From the NCBI GenBank assembly GCA_964202055.1, contig CAXNGS010000001.1, forward strand, positions 32,186-96,185: 64,000 bases of DNA, in the 5' to 3' direction. Shown in pieces: positions 61,997 to 64,000 of this stretch (positions are counted from its first letter, which is position 1; each line of letters starts with the position of its first letter). A program made the position numbers and the translations under genes. The notes beneath the pieces are model-generated. The model was not told where the DNA came from, did no database searches, and worked only from the letters and a program-made list of their open reading frames with translations. Origin of the DNA: Bdellovibrionota bacterium. Lineage in GTDB: Bacteria; Bdellovibrionota; UBA2428.

Positions 61997-63643
61997 TTAT
62001 TCTAAAACAAGAACCTTGGTAAATCTTGGATCGGGAGCTTTCTCTTTGGAATTTTTAGCAAGCTTAGCCAAATCTTCGAGCGCTTCAGTGACTCGTTTTT
62101 GCAAGAAAGCTTGAGCGGCTTGGGGCGCCCGTTCCACGATCATGCTTAAGCCCTTGGCCACGATGCCTTCATCGAAATTTTTGATCAGAGTTAGCCATTC
62201 ATTGGAGCTCAGCGGCGTCACATCAAGAGCTTGTTCTAAATTCCCACCACAACTCTGGCGAAACAAAGCGGTGATGAGTCGCGCCAAATAGCTTTCGCCG
62301 CTGCGACGGGGCTGAGTATTCCATTGCAAAGTCTTCGCCAAATCTTCCGCGAAGTATTTGTGCAATGCCGATAAGTGCGCCAATCGTTGCCCGGCTTTTA
62401 ACAAACTTGCCAAGTCGATCAACGTTTCAGCAGTGGCGCCCAAATCTTTGAGAATTTTGGCGTTCAATTCCGGATGACGACCTTGTAATGATTGCAAAAA
62501 CTGCGCGTCGATTTCTGGATAGAAATCGGCCGAAGCTTTGCCGACGACCGTAACCGCCGCGGCCACTAAATCTTGAGCGCACAGCCACCCTAAGCGATGA
62601 ATGTCGGAAACCGATTGGCGCTCGAGCATGAGTGCGCCTCGTTCACGATTGCCTTCGGCCAAGTAGCTAAGGCCCAAGTCCAAATATTTGCGCGCGCGTT
62701 CGGAAGATTTGCGAATTTGCTCTAAGTCCAAATGCAAAACTCGATCGGCGGATAGTCCAGCGTTGACCGAGCGCAGAATTTCTTGAAGCAAAACTTCTTT
62801 GAGTTCTTGCGAGCTAATCAGCGCCATACAATCGGAAACAAATCCGCTTCCCAAAATCGCACCCTTGATTGGTTTTGGCAGCCACATTTCAATGTCAGCC
62901 GGATCAACGTTGCCGTCGCCGTAATCTTCATAAGAGCGGACTTTTAATTTTTGATCTTTATCAAGTGGTTCTTGAATCAGTTTTTCTTTGAGCGAAATCG
63001 CAGTGCCGCGACCATAAAGCCCAATGGCTTCGTAGTAGTCCACAAAACCCATGTCTTCGAGACGACCTTTTTTGATTTGATAGGCGAATTCTTCCAAGTC
63101 GGAAATTTGCTCCCATTTGCATGATTCCAAATGTCGACGCATCAAATCCAGGCTGGTCGAGCTCAGCTTGTCGAGCCACTGGCGAACCGCTTCTTGATGT
63201 TGTGGTTCTGCGTTTTTGAAAAGCAAAACGTATTTATTGTCGGGGCTGAGTAGCAGTCCGTTTTCATCTTGTTCGGGCGGATTTTGCGGATCGTAATCTT
63301 GAACTTCGCAAAGTTCCATTAAGCATCGGACCACGAACTCGGGGTCGACTTCTTTCATGTAAATAAAAAGCTTCGGAGCTTCGAGCAATGCCATGTTTTC
63401 AAAAAATAATAATGCACGATCGGCTTTGAATTCCGAGCCGTCCCAGCAATCCAAGTCCATAATGCCTTGGACTTGATTGGGCTGAGCGTTTTCGAGTAAC
63501 CACATCGCAGTTTCGCCATCGGCTTCTTTGAGCGCCAAGTAAAGAGTTTCTACGGGAAGTTCTTGAAGCACTTCGATTTCGTCTTCCGGGCGAATCAAAG
63601 GCAATTGGGAGAGTACCGGTTTCAATAATGTATCTAGACTCAT
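61997..63643 (-). CDS. conserved-looking cytoplasmic hypothetical protein (548 aa)
   Basis: Helical and acidic, with an MgtE-N-like beginning ('LYLALKEADGETAMWLLENAQPNQVQGIMDLDCW'). No catalytic motif recognised. Confidence 0.45.
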   Translation of the reverse strand: MSLDTLLKPVLSQLPLIRPEDEIEVLQELPVETLYLALKEADGETAMWLLENAQPNQVQGIMDLDCWDGSEFKADRALLFFENMALLEAPKLFIYMKEVDPEFVVRCLMELCEVQDYDPQNPPEQDENGLLLSPDNKYVLLFKNAEPQHQEAVRQWLDKLSSTSLDLMRRHLESCKWEQISDLEEFAYQIKKGRLEDMGFVDYYEAIGLYGRGTAISLKEKLIQEPLDKDQKLKVRSYEDYGDGNVDPADIEMWLPKPIKGAILGSGFVSDCMALISSQELKEVLLQEILRSVNAGLSADRVLHLDLEQIRKSSERARKYLDLGLSYLAEGNRERGALMLERQSVSDIHRLGWLCAQDLVAAAVTVVGKASADFYPEIDAQFLQSLQGRHPELNAKILKDLGATAETLIDLASLLKAGQRLAHLSALHKYFAEDLAKTLQWNTQPRRSGESYLARLITALFRQSCGGNLEQALDVTPLSSNEWLTLIKNFDEGIVAKGLSMIVERAPQAAQAFLQKRVTEALEDLAKLAKNSKEKAPDPRFTKVLVLE

Positions 63644-63990
63644 AAAAGGGGCTCCTCGCAGCGATTGTAAGTCAGCTTGCTAAGCGGTTTCAGCGCTCCA
63701 GGAAATCGATCGTTGATGAATCTCAGATTCTCGTTAATTCGGGTCAGGGTCAGTCCGCGCAATTCGGGGTGCAAGAGCGCGCTTCGCACATGAAGTTCTA
63801 AAAACTGGTCGGCGTCAGTTGGAAATTTTATTATTTCTAAAATTCCAAATTGTTCGAGCCGAGCATTCATCGACGCTAGGAAAACCATTTCTGCATAGCG
63901 ACTTTGAAAAGAGTCACGATGAATTTTAATGGTGGCCTTGCCGCCGATTTCCATCGAACAATGATTGATTCTCCAGAGCGGATCTAACAC
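63640..63990 (-). CDS. hypothetical protein, possibly extending beyond the window
   Basis: GTG at 63990, but the frame stays open to nt 64000. It overlaps the downstream gene by 4 nt. Confidence 0.35.
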   Translation of the reverse strand: MLDPLWRINHCSMEIGGKATIKIHRDSFQSRYAEMVFLASMNARLEQFGILEIIKFPTDADQFLELHVRSALLHPELRGLTLTRINENLRFINDRFPGALKPLSKLTYNRCEEPLL

Positions 63991-64000
63991 TTGGTTTTTC

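Noticed and set aside
1-64000. Search by eye for tRNA/rRNA genes, CRISPR arrays, IS elements, integrases, prophage genes and toxin-antitoxin pairs.
   Set aside because: I found no T-loop/acceptor-like structures in the intergenic gaps, no repeat-spacer arrays, no transposase or integrase motifs and no terminal inverted repeats. The window appears to be non-mobile chromosome.

Overview
Gene-dense chromosomal window with about 70 CDS. I saw no rRNA, tRNA, CRISPR array, transposase or integrase. The content points to a Gram-negative bacterium: an alpha-operon ribosomal block with Lys-rich protein tails, a complete lower mevalonate pathway, an HD-GYP protein, System II cytochrome c biogenesis, and many secreted or lipoprotein hypotheticals. 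This is reminiscent of Bdellovibrio-like organisms, but that is inference only.

Gene order along the window:
- adk-rpmJ-rpsM-rpsK-rpoA-rplQ, then a TlpA-like oxidoreductase and rpsN
- alr-mlaE-mlaF, a long MCE protein and a GYF/TPR protein
- DUF721, an LptE-like lipoprotein, holA, then rpsT and mazG on the minus strand
- a PgpH-like HD protein, ybeY, and prfB with its +1 frameshift site
- a secreted hypothetical, HD-GYP, a FliL-like protein, and a stand-alone subtilase-propeptide-like protein
- ccsB-ccsA, engB and a GNAT, then a block of unknown membrane and secreted proteins
- an S8 protease with a sigma54-type promoter
- the minus-strand mevalonate cluster fni-mvaA-pmk-mvaD-CPBP-mvk
- a CheW-like protein and lon
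- response regulator, PAS/DHp-only kinase remnant and 2Fe-2S ferredoxin
- DUF3592 and a large membrane protein
- a PQQ sugar dehydrogenase with CXXCH proteins, rsgA, HutD and a membrane LbH acyltransferase

The most unusual locus is at 53.9-60.5 kb. It is a translationally coupled four-gene operon. It encodes a MotB-like protein with a roughly 480-aa repeat-containing coiled coil between its channel helix and its OmpA-like domain. It also encodes a MotA/ExbB-like channel protein, an FHA/coiled-coil/TM protein and a lipoprotein. I read this as a candidate undescribed ion-driven envelope machine.

All family assignments come from reading motifs by eye. No database search was run.
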